Source of the DNA: Thermoanaerobaculia bacterium | Lineage (GTDB): Bacteria > Acidobacteriota > Thermoanaerobaculia > UBA5066 | Direction of reading: 5' to 3' | DNA length: 64,000 nt | Assembly (NCBI GenBank): GCA_963816185.1 | Contig: CAWFJJ010000025.1 | Coordinates: 480,001-544,000, forward strand | Shown here: positions 39,751 through 50,075 of the stretch, piece by piece | How the letters are laid out: each line of letters opens with the position of its first letter | Numbering within the stretch: the first letter of the stretch is position 1 | The notes under the pieces: model-generated | Seen by the model: only the letters and a program-made list of their open reading frames with translations | What the model was told of the DNA's origin: nothing | The model's database searches: none | Translations under genes and position numbers: made by a program

Positions 39751-40958
39751 GGCGTCTCGCCGCGCTCGTCGCGCTCCTCGTCCTCGCCGCCGCGACGCGC
39801 GCACAGGAGGAACCTGCTCCCGCGCCGCCCCCCGCCGCAGCCGAGACGCCTCCGCCGGTGGAGAGACCTGCGGCCTCCCTCGGCGTCGCCGAGCGGAAGG
39901 CGGAGCTCGCGGAATTGCGCCGCCGGATCACGGGGCTGAAAGAGCGCCTCGACGTGTCCACGCGCAGAGCGGAGGATCTCAAGGCGCAGATGGAAGCGGC
40001 CGAGCTCGATCTTCAGATCCAGACCGCCGAGCGCCGCGTCCTCGAGCTGAAGAAGGCCGACACGGAGCGGGAAGAGGCGCGCGCCTCCTCGGAGCGCGAC
40101 ACGGCGCAGAAGGAAGTCGGCGGGCTGCGTGACGACCTCGCGGTCCGCCTCGCGGCGCTCTATCGGATGGGCCGGCTCGGATACCTCCGGCCGCTCGCCG
40201 CAGCCGACTCCGGCGAGTCGTTCCTCGCGGGCCTCCGCATCCTGACGCATCTGGCCCGGCGCGATGCCGCCCTCCTCGAGCATTACGAGACAGCGATGAC
40301 GGCGCTTCAGGAGCGCGAGCAGGACCTCTCGGACCGGCAGAAGGAGCTCGCGGCTCTCGCGACCGAGAGCCGGAGGAAGGAGGCGGCTCTTCTGGCGGCG
40401 CGTGCCCGGCGGGCGACTCTCCTTGCGCAGCTCGAAGAGTCCTCGCAGGCGGCCCAGGTGCAGGTGACGAAGCTCGAGGACAAGTCCGAACGCCTCGCGG
40501 CCCTCCTCGAGCTGCTCGAGGGAAAGGGCCGCGCTCTGGCGCCTGGCGCGGCCTCGATTCGCAAGTACCGCGGCGCGCTCGACTGGCCGCTGAAAGGCAG
40601 GGTCGCGGTGCCTTTCGGCCGGATCGCGAATCCGAGGTTCCCGAAGACGTTCCTGCGTTCGTCGGGCTGGACGCTCGACGCGCCGCCCGGAACGTCCGTC
40701 CACGCCATCTTCTCTGGAGAAGTCGTGTACGCGCAGTGGCTGAAGGGTTATGGAAACCTCGTCGTCCTGGATCACGGCGACGGGGTGTTCACGCTCTACG
40801 GCCGGCTCGCGACGGGCACGATCGCGCGCGGCGAGCGCGCCGCGATCGGCGACCGCGTCGGCGTTCTCGGCGAGTCGCCCGAGGACGAGATCGCGGGCCT
40901 TTATTTCGAGATCCGAGACGCGCGGGCGTCGGTCGATCCGGCTTTGTGGCTACGTTAG
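39747..40958 (+). CDS. Murein hydrolase activator EnvC-like (coiled coil + degenerate M23)
   Basis: Long coiled coil, LDWPLKG, GYGNLVVLDHG, LYFEIR; the signal peptide needs a CTG start at 39747 (first standard start is GTG 39858). Confidence 0.85.
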   Translation: MRRLAALVALLVLAAATRAQEEPAPAPPPAAAETPPPVERPAASLGVAERKAELAELRRRITGLKERLDVSTRRAEDLKAQMEAAELDLQIQTAERRVLELKKADTEREEARASSERDTAQKEVGGLRDDLAVRLAALYRMGRLGYLRPLAAADSGESFLAGLRILTHLARRDAALLEHYETAMTALQEREQDLSDRQKELAALATESRRKEAALLAARARRATLLAQLEESSQAAQVQVTKLEDKSERLAALLELLEGKGRALAPGAASIRKYRGALDWPLKGRVAVPFGRIANPRFPKTFLRSSGWTLDAPPGTSVHAIFSGEVVYAQWLKGYGNLVVLDHGDGVFTLYGRLATGTIARGERAAIGDRVGVLGESPEDEIAGLYFEIRDARASVDPALWLR

Positions 40959-40978
40959 GGCCCGCGTATCATTCCCCG

Positions 40979-42295
40979 GTGAGCAAGACCCGCGTTCTCT
41001 CCGTCGCCGCCTCCGCATCCCTCCTCTTGGCGCTCTTCGTGGTTCTCCCCGGCATGGGCGCGGACGAGAAGAACAAGGAGGGCAAGGAATCCCCCTATCG
41101 CTCGCTCGGGCTCTTCACCGAGGTCCTCAAGCTCGTCCAGACGAATTACGTCGAGCCGGTCGAGCTGAAGCCGCTTCTTCAGGGATCCTTCTCCGGGATG
41201 ATGGAAGCGATGGATCCCTTCTCCGAGTACGTTCCGCCGAACAAGATGGCCGCGTTCTCGGCGTTCGAAGAGGCGAAGGACAAGAAGGAGATCCTCGACA
41301 CGGGGATCATCCTCGCGCGGCGCTTCGGCTTCCCGGTCGTCGTGGCGGCCGTCGCGGGCAGCCCGGCCGCCGCGGCCGGAGTCAGAAGTGACGATGTCAT
41401 CGAGAAGATCGACGGCGACCTCACGAGGAGCATGGCGCTGTGGGAGCTCGAGTCCAAGCTCTCGGGCAAGGCGGGCAGCCGCGTTCATCTCGCGGTCGTG
41501 CGTGACGGCAAGCCGCGCCATCGCACGCTCGACATCGTGCGTGCGAGCTGGACTCCGGCCTCGCCCTCGACCGAGCGCATCGACGGCGAAACGGTGATCA
41601 GGATTCCCGCGTTCGTCTCGGGCACGACGGCGGCCGTCAAGGAGATTCTGAAACCGCTGGACCGCACGCGGCCCCTCGTCATCGACCTGCGTAGCAGCGC
41701 GACCGGGTCGTTCGAGGAGGCGGCACGCACGGCGGCCCTCTTCGTGCCGGCCGGCCCCCTCGGCGAGCTCTCGGGCCGCCGGATCGAGACGAAGACGTTT
41801 CGCTCCGAGCCCGGGGAGCGCGTGCACGAGAGCCGGCTCGTCCTCCTCGTCGACAGCGGGACAGCCGGGCCGGCCGAGCTGTTCGCGGCTGCCGTGCGTG
41901 ACGCGGAGAGGCGCGACGGCCGCGCGAAGCTCGCGACCGCGGACGGAAAGAAGGTGAGCGCCGAAGACCAGGACGCGCCAGACTTTTTCGATCCCGGCGC
42001 CGACGCCTCGAAGGACACGGAGAAGGCCAAGCTCGCCGTACGCCTCGTGGGCGAGCCCACTGTCGGCATGGGATTCACGGCTCAGGTCGTGAGGCTCGCA
42101 AGCGGCGGATCCTTGAAGCTGTCGGTTGGGAAGATCCGGACGGTGGCCGGAAAGGCGCTGTGCCCCAAGGGTCTGCAACCTGACGACCGGGTTTTCCACG
42201 GTCCGGACGACCCCACGGGTCGCCTCGATCCGATTCTTCGGCGGGGTCTCAAGGTCCTGTCGGAGTCCGCCGTCCAGGCCAAAGCGGCCGCGTGA
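40979..42295 (+). CDS. S41/CtpA-like PDZ protein, catalytic dyad absent
   Basis: Signal peptide, MDPFSEY, PDZ (GSPAAAAGVRSDDVIEKIDG), VIDLR, GTAGPAEL, GEPTVGMG, GLQPD. Confidence 0.85.
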   Translation: MSKTRVLSVAASASLLLALFVVLPGMGADEKNKEGKESPYRSLGLFTEVLKLVQTNYVEPVELKPLLQGSFSGMMEAMDPFSEYVPPNKMAAFSAFEEAKDKKEILDTGIILARRFGFPVVVAAVAGSPAAAAGVRSDDVIEKIDGDLTRSMALWELESKLSGKAGSRVHLAVVRDGKPRHRTLDIVRASWTPASPSTERIDGETVIRIPAFVSGTTAAVKEILKPLDRTRPLVIDLRSSATGSFEEAARTAALFVPAGPLGELSGRRIETKTFRSEPGERVHESRLVLLVDSGTAGPAELFAAAVRDAERRDGRAKLATADGKKVSAEDQDAPDFFDPGADASKDTEKAKLAVRLVGEPTVGMGFTAQVVRLASGGSLKLSVGKIRTVAGKALCPKGLQPDDRVFHGPDDPTGRLDPILRRGLKVLSESAVQAKAAA

Positions 42296-43212
42296 CGCGC
42301 CAGAAGACGCGAACGCGCGGGGGTCTTCGAAGCGTCCTTCTCGTCTTCTTCGGTGTTGCCCTCGGCGTGTCCGCGACCTTCTTCGCTCGGGGCTGTGCGC
42401 GCCGGGAACAGCCGCCCGCTCCCGGCCCGCGGCCCACGCCTTCGAAGAGTCCGTCGCGCCCCACGCCTCCCGGCGCGGCGCGGCGGGCGCCGGCGCTCCC
42501 GTCCGATTTCGAGCCCGCCGATCTCCGGCGGGGAGGCGTTGTGGCGGTCGTCGTCGACGATGTGGGCTACGACGAGCGCGCTCTGGAGACTCTCGCGCGC
42601 TGGGACGCTCCGTTCGCTGTTGCGGTGATTCCGAGCGCGCCCTTCGCGTCCCGCGCCGTAAAGCTGGCGCGGGAGAAGGGCTGGGACCTCCTGGTCCATC
42701 TGCCGATGGAGCCGGAGTCGGGCCCGTCCGAAGCCGAGGCGATCGGCGTTGGAGACGACGACGACGCCATTCGCGGCCGGGTCCTCACGGCTCTCGCGAA
42801 GACGCCCGGTGCGATCGGCATCAACAACCATCAGGGTTCGAAGGCGACGGCCGACGCGCGCGTCGTGCGTGCCGTTCTCGGCGTTGTCAAGGACAGGGGC
42901 CTTTTCTTCCTGGACTCGCGGACGACGAACGCGTCCGTCGCGGGCGCCGAGGCGGCCGAGATGCGTGTCCCGTTCCTCGCCCGGGACGTCTTCCTCGACG
43001 ACGTCGCCGCCGAGACAGCCGCGAAAGGGGGCGTCCCCGAGGCGCTCGAGACGGCATGGGAGAAAGCGCTGGCGCTCGCGGCGAAGAAGGGCCAGGCGAT
43101 CGTGATCGGCCACCCGCGAAGGGAGACTCTCGCGTTCCTTTCGGAGAGACTCGGTTTGCTCGGAAAGAAGGATGGGCCGAGGGCGGTTCGAATTTCCGAG
43201 CTGGTCCCATAG
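42292..43212 (+). CDS. Divergent polysaccharide deacetylase (YibQ family)
   Basis: VVVDDVG, HLPMEP, NNHQGS, FLDSRT, RDVFLD, IGHP. Confidence 0.92.
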   Translation: MTRQKTRTRGGLRSVLLVFFGVALGVSATFFARGCARREQPPAPGPRPTPSKSPSRPTPPGAARRAPALPSDFEPADLRRGGVVAVVVDDVGYDERALETLARWDAPFAVAVIPSAPFASRAVKLAREKGWDLLVHLPMEPESGPSEAEAIGVGDDDDAIRGRVLTALAKTPGAIGINNHQGSKATADARVVRAVLGVVKDRGLFFLDSRTTNASVAGAEAAEMRVPFLARDVFLDDVAAETAAKGGVPEALETAWEKALALAAKKGQAIVIGHPRRETLAFLSERLGLLGKKDGPRAVRISELVP

Positions 43213-43469
43213 AAAATAGGAAGAGAAGATTTTGGTTTTCTGATATGCGGCGGCCGCTGTTGCGGCCGCCCCCGGGATGGGGATTTTTCTGATATTCGGG
43301 GCTGCAGATGCAGCCCCGATAGAAGAAATCTTCTTCCCGGATGTCCGGAGTCAAGGGCGCGCTACGCGCGCCGCGCAGCGGTCGAAGACCCTTGACACCG
43401 GACATCCGGGGAGCATCCGAATCCTCCTCGTCCTCGTCTTCCTTCTCTTCGTCTTTCTAAGAAGAATCT
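43213..43469. repeat. Structured palindromic intergenic repeat (REP/MITE-like), copy 2
   Basis: 22-bp inverted arms 43336-43357 and 43389-43410 enclosing three small hairpins; blocks shared with 19731..19967. Confidence 0.8.
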
Positions 43470-44263
43470 CTTTGGTGCTCCTCGGACTTCACCTGATCCC
43501 ACAGTGCGTCGAGTTCCGCGAGGGGAGTCGTCTTGACCTCTTTCCCCGCCGCCTTTGCCCGCCGTGCCACCTCCTCGAAGCGCCGCCGGAACTTGTCGTT
43601 CGTGCCCTGAAGCGCGGCCTCGGGATCCACGCCGTGGCGGCGCGCTACGTTCACGACGGTGAAGAGGAGATCGCCGATCTCGGCCGCCACGCGCGGCTTT
43701 CGCTCGCCGCCCGGCGCCAGGAGCTCGGCCTTGAACTCGGCGACCTCCTCGTCCAGCTTGACGAGGACGTCCGCGTCGCGCTCCCAGTCGAAACCGAGGT
43801 CCGCGGCGCGCGAGGTCAGACGCACGGCCTTCAGGAGCGCCGGAAGGGCGCGCGGGACGCCGTCGAACGGCGAGGGGGGGCGGCCCTCCTTCTCTCGCTC
43901 CTTGCGCTTGAGCTCCTCCCATTGCACGCGGACGCCGTCGGCATCGTGCACGGCGGCCTCGCCGAAGACGTGCGGGTGGCGGGCGACCATCTTGTCGTGG
44001 ATGCGCCGCGCGACGCTCTCGAAGTCGAACGCGCCCCGCTCCTGGCCGAGCTTCGCGAGAAAAACGATCTGGAAGAGAAGATCGCCCAGCTCGCCCTCGA
44101 GCTCCCGCCAGTCCTCGCGGGAAAGAGCCTCGAGAACCTCGTAGCACTCCTCGAGAAGATATCCGGCGAGATCGTCGGCGGTTTGCTTCCGGTCCCACGG
44201 GCACTCCCTTCGGAGCCTTTCCATGAGCGCGACGAGAGCCCCCGCCCCGTCCGAATCTTCCAT
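43457..44263 (-). CDS. mazG: Nucleoside triphosphate pyrophosphohydrolase MazG
   Basis: CPWDRKQT, EECYE, ELGDLLFQIVF, RHPHVFG, GFDW, EIGDLLF. Confidence 0.95.
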   Translation of the reverse strand: MEDSDGAGALVALMERLRRECPWDRKQTADDLAGYLLEECYEVLEALSREDWRELEGELGDLLFQIVFLAKLGQERGAFDFESVARRIHDKMVARHPHVFGEAAVHDADGVRVQWEELKRKEREKEGRPPSPFDGVPRALPALLKAVRLTSRAADLGFDWERDADVLVKLDEEVAEFKAELLAPGGERKPRVAAEIGDLLFTVVNVARRHGVDPEAALQGTNDKFRRRFEEVARRAKAAGKEVKTTPLAELDALWDQVKSEEHQRDSS

Positions 44264-44312
44264 GCGCGCAACCTCCCGGCGTTTACGTAAAATACGCTGA
44301 CCCGAGGGGTTT

Positions 44313-44765
44313 ATGTCCGAAAGCGAGAAACCGATCAAGGTCGTGGATCGCCGCCTTTTCACGGCCGACGGCGAGGTGCGCGCGGAAGCGCAGGCGGAGC
44401 TCGCGGCACCCGATCCGACGCCCGAGCCGGTACCCGCCGCTCCCGAGCCGACTCCCGTCGAACCGGTGCCGGTCACGAGCCCGGCGTTCCTTCGCCTGCT
44501 CGACATGCTTGCGCAGACAGCGGCGCTCTATATGGAAGGTTTTCCCGACCCGGCGACCGGACGCCGCCAGGCGGATCTCGCGGGGGCCCGGCAGATCGTC
44601 GACTCTCTGCTCGCTCTTCGCGAGAAGACGCGCGCGCGGCTCTCCTTCGAGGAGTCCGACGCGCTCGACGGATTGCTCGGCGAGCTCCAGCTCGCGTTCA
44701 CGCGGCTCGCGGGCGCCCCGAAGCCGAAGCCCCCCGGCCCGCCTCCTGCGGCGAGGCGCGGCTGA
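44313..44765 (+). CDS. DUF1844-domain protein
   Basis: KVVDRRLF, DLAGARQIVDSLLALREKT...L. Confidence 0.8.
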   Translation: MSESEKPIKVVDRRLFTADGEVRAEAQAELAAPDPTPEPVPAAPEPTPVEPVPVTSPAFLRLLDMLAQTAALYMEGFPDPATGRRQADLAGARQIVDSLLALREKTRARLSFEESDALDGLLGELQLAFTRLAGAPKPKPPGPPPAARRG

Positions 44766-46726
44766 GGTCCTCCGGGACCTCTTCGTCGGCGGGGCGCCGC
44801 ACGGCCCTGCACGGGCGTGCCGCTGCGTCTCTTCTCGCCCTGCTCGCGCTCTTCCACGCGGCTCCCGCCCATTGCCAGGTCCTGGTCGCGCCCGGCGAGT
44901 CCAACGAGACCGCCTTCCGGAAGCTGGTTCGCGGACAGTGGTTCGGCTGGCTCGCCGCGCAGGAAGAGGGAGACAGCGCGCTGGCGCGCTCCAAGGTGGA
45001 CGAGATTCTCAAGCATGCGCAGAAGATCGAGATCCGGCGCATGACGGATCTCGCCCTGTCCGCGACGCTTCTCGGGCGCCGCGCCCTCGCGGCAGGCAAG
45101 AAAACGAGCGCGCGTGAGGCGTTCACCAGCGCGATACGCCTCGATCCGGACCTCCCCGAGCCCCGCTGGGCGCGCCTGTCGCTGTCTACTTCGTCTCGGG
45201 CCTGGGGTGATCTCGTCCCGGACTTTCTCGGAGCGGTTCGCGCGACGTTCGCCGACGGTGAGTCCCGGCGCGTCGTCCTCGTGCGCCTCCTCCTGATCTT
45301 CCTGCTGACGGCCTGCGCCGCCGCTCTCGCCGCCATTCTCGTGCTCTTCGTCCGGCACGGGCCGCGCCTCGTCCACGACCTGACGGAGTCGGCGGACGGA
45401 ATTCTTCACGGGAAAGCCACCGGAGTCGCGGTCGCCGCGTTTCTCGCCGCGCCTCTCCTTCTCTCGCTGGACGTTCTATGGCTCGCGCTCTTCTTGTTCG
45501 TCCTGCTCTTCGGCTACGCGAGCCTCGCGCAGAAGATCGCAACCGTTCTCGCGCTCGTCCTCTCGATGCTGTTCTTGCCGATCCTGGATCGGGTCGGATA
45601 CGACCTCGCCATCACCTCGTCGCCGATCCTCCGCGCCGCCGAGGCTCTTCACGAGTCCCGCTACGACCAGCGTGTCCTCGACAATCTCGAGGCGGCCAAG
45701 AACATCATTCCCGACGACGTCGACATCCGGTTCGTTCTCGGGCGTCTCTATCAGGCGCTCGGGCAGAACGACCGCGCGATCTACGAGTACACGGAAGGCT
45801 CGCGCATGGCCCCCGGGGACGTGCGGTGCCTCGTCAATCGCGGCAACATCCGCTTCGTGGACGGCGATCTCGGTTCCGCGCAGGAGGACTACCAGGAGGC
45901 GCTGAAACGCGACGGCCGCAGCATCACGGCGCGATACAACCTCGCACTGCTCTACGCCGAGACGTTCCGGACGATCGAGGCGGCCCAGACGCTGCAGGAG
46001 GCGCGGGCGCTCGATGCGCACGCGGTCCAGGCCTTTCAGGAGACGCCGACGCTCGTGAAGGTCGTCTCGATCGGCTTCACGCGGGACGAGGCGCGCGAAA
46101 AGATCGAGCGCATGGAGCACGACAGCCGCACCCGGCGCCTCCTGGGACACTACCGGAGCTACCAGCTTTGGGACGGACTCGGCCTCCCGCGGCTGACGCT
46201 GAGTCCCTTCTCCGTGGATTTGGGCGTGCCGCATTTCTGGGCCGTTCTTCTCGCGATCGGCTCAGCCGTCTTTCTGGACCGTTCGCGCAAGCTCGGGCGC
46301 GGGTACGCCTCCGGATGCCAGAAGTGCGGCCGGTCCTTCTGCCGGCTGTGCAAGCCGCCGGGGGAGAGCGCCCTCCTTTGTTCACAATGCGTCCACGTGT
46401 ATCTCAAGAAAGACGGCGTCGCGATCGAGACGAAGCTCCAGAAGCTCGAGGATGTCAGGCGGCGCCGGACGCTCGAAGAACGCGTTCAGCTGGTCCTGAA
46501 CACCCTGCTCCCGGGCTCGTCGGCGTTCCTCGATTCGCGCCTCGCTTCGGCCGCGGCCGCGTTCGGCCTGTTCGCGTTCGGCCTTCTCGCGATCCTCCTC
46601 CGGGATGCGCTCGCGACGTTGCCGCGGCCGACGCTCACGGCCGGGACTCCCGGCGTCTTCTTCTGGATGGCCGTCGCTCTGGCCGGTTGGATCGTCGGAT
46701 TCGTCACCTCGACGCGCAGGGCCTGA
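44762..46726 (+). CDS. Membrane TPR protein with Cys-rich Zn-binding segment
   Basis: TPR repeats, multiple TMs, CQKC..CRLC...CSQC; the signal peptide needs a CTG start at 44762 (ORF track starts at 44996). Confidence 0.8.
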   Translation: MRSSGTSSSAGRRTALHGRAAASLLALLALFHAAPAHCQVLVAPGESNETAFRKLVRGQWFGWLAAQEEGDSALARSKVDEILKHAQKIEIRRMTDLALSATLLGRRALAAGKKTSAREAFTSAIRLDPDLPEPRWARLSLSTSSRAWGDLVPDFLGAVRATFADGESRRVVLVRLLLIFLLTACAAALAAILVLFVRHGPRLVHDLTESADGILHGKATGVAVAAFLAAPLLLSLDVLWLALFLFVLLFGYASLAQKIATVLALVLSMLFLPILDRVGYDLAITSSPILRAAEALHESRYDQRVLDNLEAAKNIIPDDVDIRFVLGRLYQALGQNDRAIYEYTEGSRMAPGDVRCLVNRGNIRFVDGDLGSAQEDYQEALKRDGRSITARYNLALLYAETFRTIEAAQTLQEARALDAHAVQAFQETPTLVKVVSIGFTRDEAREKIERMEHDSRTRRLLGHYRSYQLWDGLGLPRLTLSPFSVDLGVPHFWAVLLAIGSAVFLDRSRKLGRGYASGCQKCGRSFCRLCKPPGESALLCSQCVHVYLKKDGVAIETKLQKLEDVRRRRTLEERVQLVLNTLLPGSSAFLDSRLASAAAAFGLFAFGLLAILLRDALATLPRPTLTAGTPGVFFWMAVALAGWIVGFVTSTRRA

Positions 46727-46729
46727 CGG

Positions 46730-48037
46730 ATGGCGCTCGAAGGCACGCTCCGGGACTTCTCGCTGGCGGACATCCTCCAGCTCATCTCGCTTCAGCACAA
46801 GACCGGCCTCCTCACGGTGCGCGGACCCGCCGACACCGTGACGCTCGGGTTTCTCGACGGGATGCTCGTCTCGGCCGAGTCGTCCGCGCAGCGGCTCGAC
46901 ACGCGTCTCGGGACCGTCCTCGTCAAGACCCGGCGACTCACGGCGGAAGCGCTCGCGCGGGCCCTCGAGATGCAGGCCCAGACGCTGCAGCGGCTCGGCT
47001 TCATCCTGCTCAAGAACGGGTTCTGTTCCGTGCAGGACCTGCGAGATGGGCTCGACATCCAGATCAAGCGGATCGCATACGGACTGTTCCGGTGGACGGA
47101 CGGCGACTACGTCTTCGAGCAAACGGAGCAGGTCGACTACGACGCCGAGTCGACGACGCCCATCGCCGTCGAGCGCCTCCTCATGGAGGGCGCCCGGATG
47201 ATCGACGAGTGGCCGATCGTCGAGAAAGTGGTCTGGTCCCTCGACATCGTGTATCAGAGGGTTCCCGTCGCGCAGCCTGTCATCCCGGCGGAGGACGAGG
47301 ACGCGGTCGAGGACGTCGAGGACTCCACGCTCGCGCGGCGCGCCCGCGAGAAAAGGCTCGATCCGATCCGTGTCTCGCGCGCCGAATGGTCCGTCTACGA
47401 GCTCGTGGACGGCACGAGAACCGTCGCCGAGGTCAACGAGCTGGCTTTTTTGTCGGAGTTCGACGGATGCAAAGCGTTCTTCGATCTCGTAAGCCGCGGG
47501 CTCGTCGAGGAGTCGACGCCGCGTCCCGAGGAGCTTCCCCAGGAGGCGCTCATCGCGGACGTCTCCGCGCACCCGCGACGGATCCGCAGGCCGCTCGACA
47601 TCGCCCTTCTCGCCGGCCTCGCTCTGGCGGTGCTCGCGGTCGGCGCCTTCAAGCTTCAGTCGAAGAACCCGCTGAACGTGCTCACGCTGCCGCCGCGCCG
47701 CGTGGCCCTCGTGGACGGGTTCAAGAAGTCTCTTTCGCTCCTCAAGCTCCGGAGGATTGCCGAAGGAGTGGACTCTTACACGCTTCTTTCCGGGCGCCTC
47801 CCGGAGACGATGGAGACGCTCGTGAGCTCGCACATCCTGGCGGCCGGCGATCTCAGGGATCCTTGGGGGGCCACGTATCGCTATATCGTCCGGGACGACA
47901 AGTTCTATCTGGTTGGCTTCGATCCTCTCGGCCATACTGACCCGGACCTCCTGTTCTCCCGCACGGTTGTCCTCCGGGACACCAAGCGAGACGACATTCA
48001 GCCGCCTTCACCAAAGGAAATCACTATTGTAGAATAA
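46730..48037 (+). CDS. DUF4388-domain protein with TM and C-terminal GspG-like (DPWG) domain
   Basis: MALEGTLRDFSLADILQLI...KTGLL, LLMEGARMIDEW, GRLP...DPWG. Confidence 0.82.
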   Translation: MALEGTLRDFSLADILQLISLQHKTGLLTVRGPADTVTLGFLDGMLVSAESSAQRLDTRLGTVLVKTRRLTAEALARALEMQAQTLQRLGFILLKNGFCSVQDLRDGLDIQIKRIAYGLFRWTDGDYVFEQTEQVDYDAESTTPIAVERLLMEGARMIDEWPIVEKVVWSLDIVYQRVPVAQPVIPAEDEDAVEDVEDSTLARRAREKRLDPIRVSRAEWSVYELVDGTRTVAEVNELAFLSEFDGCKAFFDLVSRGLVEESTPRPEELPQEALIADVSAHPRRIRRPLDIALLAGLALAVLAVGAFKLQSKNPLNVLTLPPRRVALVDGFKKSLSLLKLRRIAEGVDSYTLLSGRLPETMETLVSSHILAAGDLRDPWGATYRYIVRDDKFYLVGFDPLGHTDPDLLFSRTVVLRDTKRDDIQPPSPKEITIVE

Positions 48038-48082
48038 CTTACGGAATCTTCCTCAACACTGTAGGTGCCTCCGCATTAGAAC

Positions 48083-48111
48083 TTGACAACAACACGCTAA
48101 GATTCTAGATT
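48083..48111 (+). promoter_or_regulatory. Sigma70-type promoter of dnaK
   Basis: TTGACA-17 bp-TAGATT in an AT-rich spacer; GGAGG RBS at 48141. Confidence 0.75.
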
Positions 48112-48154
48112 AAGCCTTGGACCTACTTCAAGGAGGGTCCGGAGGACACCTGCA

Positions 48155-50065
48155 ATGAGCAAGATCATCGGTATAGACCTCGGCACCACGAACAGCGTCG
48201 TCGCCGTCCTCGAGGGCGGCACGGCCGAGGTCATCGCGAATTCGGAAGGGGGACGCACGACGCCTTCTGTCGTCGCCTATGCCAAGGGAGGCGAGCGCCT
48301 CGTCGGGCAGGTCGCCAAGCGCCAGGCGGTGACGAACTCCGAGAACACCGTGTACTCGATCAAGCGGTTCATGGGCCGCCGCTTCGACGAGGTGACCGAC
48401 GAAATGAAGATGGTGCCCTACAAGGTCGTTCGCTCCGCGAACGGCGACGCCCGCGTCTCGATCGGCGGCAAGGAGCTGTCTCCGCCCGAGATCTCCGCGA
48501 TGATCCTCACGAAGCTCAAGGAAGCCGCGGAGGCGTACCTCGGCGAGAAGGTGGACCGCGCCGTCATCACGGTGCCCGCCTATTTCAACGACGCGCAGCG
48601 CCAGGCGACGAAGGACGCGGGACAGATCGCGGGCCTCAAGGTCGAGCGCCTCGTCAACGAGCCGACGGCCGCGGCGCTCGCGTACGGACTCGACAAGAAG
48701 AAGAACGAGACGATCGCGGTCTACGACTTCGGAGGCGGCACGTTCGACATCTCGATCCTCGAAGTCGGCGAGGGCGTCGTCGAGGTCAAATCGACGAATG
48801 GGGACACTCACCTCGGCGGCGACAACATGGACCAGAGGATCGTCGAGTGGCTCGAGTCCGAGTTCAGGAAAGACCAGGGGATCGACCTTTCGAGGGACGC
48901 GATGGCGGTGCAGCGCCTCAAGGAAGCCGCCGAGAAGGCCAAGATCGAGCTCTCGACCACGGTCGAGACTGACGTGAACCTCCCGTTCATCACGGCCGAC
49001 GCCTCCGGGCCGAAACACCTCAACATCAAGCTCACGCGCGCGAAGCTGGAATCGCTCGTCGACGACCTCCTCCAGCGCTCGGTCGGTCCGTGCCGGCAGG
49101 CGCTCAAGGATGCTGGGCTCGATTCTTCGAAGATCGACGAAGTCGTTCTCGTCGGCGGCCAGACGCGCATGCCGAAGATTCAGCAGCTCGTGAAGGACTT
49201 CTTCGGCAAGGATCCGAACAAGTCCGTCAACCCCGACGAGGTCGTCGCGATCGGCGCGGCCCTGCAGGGCGGCGTTCTCGCGGGCGACGTGAAGGACCTC
49301 CTTCTCCTCGACGTGACGCCCCTTTCGCTGGGCGTCGAGACGCTCGGCGGCGTCATGACGAAGCTCATCGACCGCAACACGACGATTCCCACGAAGAAGG
49401 CCGAGACCTTCTCCACGGCCTCCGACGGCCAGACGTCCGTGGAGATCAAGGTGCTCCAGGGCGAGCGCGAGATGGCCGGCGACAACAAGCTCCTCGGCGT
49501 CTTCTCTCTCGTGGGGATCCCGCCGGCGCCACGCGGAATGCCGCAGGTCGAGGTCACGTTCGACATCGATGCGAACGGCATCCTGAACGTGTCGGCGAAG
49601 GACCGAGGCACGGGCAAGGAGCAGAAGATCACGATCACGTCGTCCTCCGGCCTCGACAAGAAAGAAGTCGAGAAGCTTGTCAAGGATGCCGAGGCGCACA
49701 GCGCCGGGGACAAGAAACGGCGAGAGGCGATCGAGGCCAAGAACGCGCTCGACGCGCTCATCTACTCGACCGAGAAGCTCGTGGACGAGAGCGGCGAGAA
49801 AGTGCCGGAGTCGGAGAAGGAGTCCGTCAAGGCGGCCGTCGCCGACGCGAAGAAGGTTCTCGAGTCGAGCCCCGGTGACGCCGAGGCGTTGAAGAAAGCG
49901 GCTCACGACCTGCAGAAGGCCAGCTACAAGATCGCCGAGGCTCTTTACAAGTCAGCCCCGGCGGGCGCGCCCGCGGGGGAGGGCGGCGAGGCGTCCCCCG
50001 ATTCGTCCTCATCGAAGCCGGCTGACGACGTCATCGACGCCGAGGTCGTGGATCAGAAGAAGTAA
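48155..50065 (+). CDS. dnaK: Molecular chaperone DnaK
   Basis: [34 protein letters not shown]. Confidence 0.99.
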   Translation: MSKIIGIDLGTTNSVVAVLEGGTAEVIANSEGGRTTPSVVAYAKGGERLVGQVAKRQAVTNSENTVYSIKRFMGRRFDEVTDEMKMVPYKVVRSANGDARVSIGGKELSPPEISAMILTKLKEAAEAYLGEKVDRAVITVPAYFNDAQRQATKDAGQIAGLKVERLVNEPTAAALAYGLDKKKNETIAVYDFGGGTFDISILEVGEGVVEVKSTNGDTHLGGDNMDQRIVEWLESEFRKDQGIDLSRDAMAVQRLKEAAEKAKIELSTTVETDVNLPFITADASGPKHLNIKLTRAKLESLVDDLLQRSVGPCRQALKDAGLDSSKIDEVVLVGGQTRMPKIQQLVKDFFGKDPNKSVNPDEVVAIGAALQGGVLAGDVKDLLLLDVTPLSLGVETLGGVMTKLIDRNTTIPTKKAETFSTASDGQTSVEIKVLQGEREMAGDNKLLGVFSLVGIPPAPRGMPQVEVTFDIDANGILNVSAKDRGTGKEQKITITSSSGLDKKEVEKLVKDAEAHSAGDKKRREAIEAKNALDALIYSTEKLVDESGEKVPESEKESVKAAVADAKKVLESSPGDAEALKKAAHDLQKASYKIAEALYKSAPAGAPAGEGGEASPDSSSSKPADDVIDAEVVDQKK

Positions 50066-50075
50066 GGGCCGCAAG

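Noticed and set aside
39858-40958. Loss of Zn ligands in the M23 domain as a novelty
   Set aside because: A degenerate LytM site is the known normal state of EnvC
43336-43410. Cloverleaf resembling a tRNA
   Set aside because: No T-loop (TTCRA), no 7-nt anticodon loop and no CCA end; the arms are 22 bp, so it is treated as a palindromic repeat
48082-48133. HAIR or CIRCE operator before dnaK
   Set aside because: Only partial matches (CTTGACA...GCTAAG; CCTTG-N9-CAAGG), with wrong spacing for CTTGAGT-N7-ACTCAAG and no CIRCE
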